Below, piece after piece: positions 24,623 to 24,792 of a stretch of DNA of 24,792 bases. Numbering within the stretch: position 1 is the first letter of the stretch; every line of letters begins with the position of its first letter. The notes below the pieces were generated by a model that saw only the letters and a program-made list of their open reading frames with translations, had not been told where the DNA came from and made no database searches. This DNA comes from a virus (lineage: Duplodnaviria; Caudoviricetes): positions 1 through 24,792 of the IMG/VR virus record IMGVR_UViG_3300035037_000345; one strand, written 5' to 3'. The translations under genes and the position numbers were made by a program.

Positions 24623-24719
24623 ATGACATATATAAATGAAATTGAAGATGTAGAGCATAGGGAGAGACTGCGCCGTGAAATTTTAAATAATGCGGATTCT
24701 CGTGGTAATGATGAATCTA
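24623..24719 (+). pseudogene. 5' end of an AT-rich moron-like gene interrupted by IS630
   Basis: GGAG RBS, ATG 24623, 32 codons (MTYINEIEDVEHRERLRREILNNADSRGNDES) running into CTAG and the IS end; extended -10-like TGCTAATAT at 24589-24597. Confidence 0.5.
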
Positions 24720-24792
24720 GTACCCTGCGTCATTTAAGTTGACGTTCTAACATATTGATGATTCACTTTCATTGTTGATCCGGCATTAATGG
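24720..24792 (+). mobile_element. IS630-family insertion sequence, left end (partial)
   Basis: C-TA|GTACCCTGCGTCATTTAA: TA target in a CTAG context and an imperfect inverted-repeat match to the right end at 161-177. Confidence 0.65.

Overview
The window is a 24.5-kb piece of a temperate siphovirus-type prophage with all real genes on the + strand; gene families suggest an alphaproteobacterial host (inference). It is bracketed by IS630-family ends: a transposase C-terminus and right end at 1-177, and a matching left end from 24720. Gene order: AlpA/Xis-like HTH gene lacking a start codon, PD-(D/E)XK nuclease, SSB-like protein, primase-helicase, ori-like region, RuvC-like resolvase, DUF6362-like regulator, a lambda-like cos site, then a four-gene putative DNA-modification cassette (ParB/Srx protein, tandem-ParB plus methyltransferase-fold protein, degenerate HAD phosphatase, CmoA-like protein with Glu at the Arg199-equivalent position). 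Next come TerS, a C5-cytosine methyltransferase apparently split over two overlapping reading frames, GpA-type TerL, gpW, lambda-type portal, S49 protease with nested scaffold, decoration protein, Mu gpT-type capsid, neck and tail genes with a -1 frameshifted chaperone, tape measure, and an IS-interrupted AT-rich moron. No integrase, repressor, lysis or tail-tip genes are in the window. Family assignments come from motif recognition by eye, not from database searches. The best leads are the cos-proximal modification cassette and the dual-frame methyltransferase.
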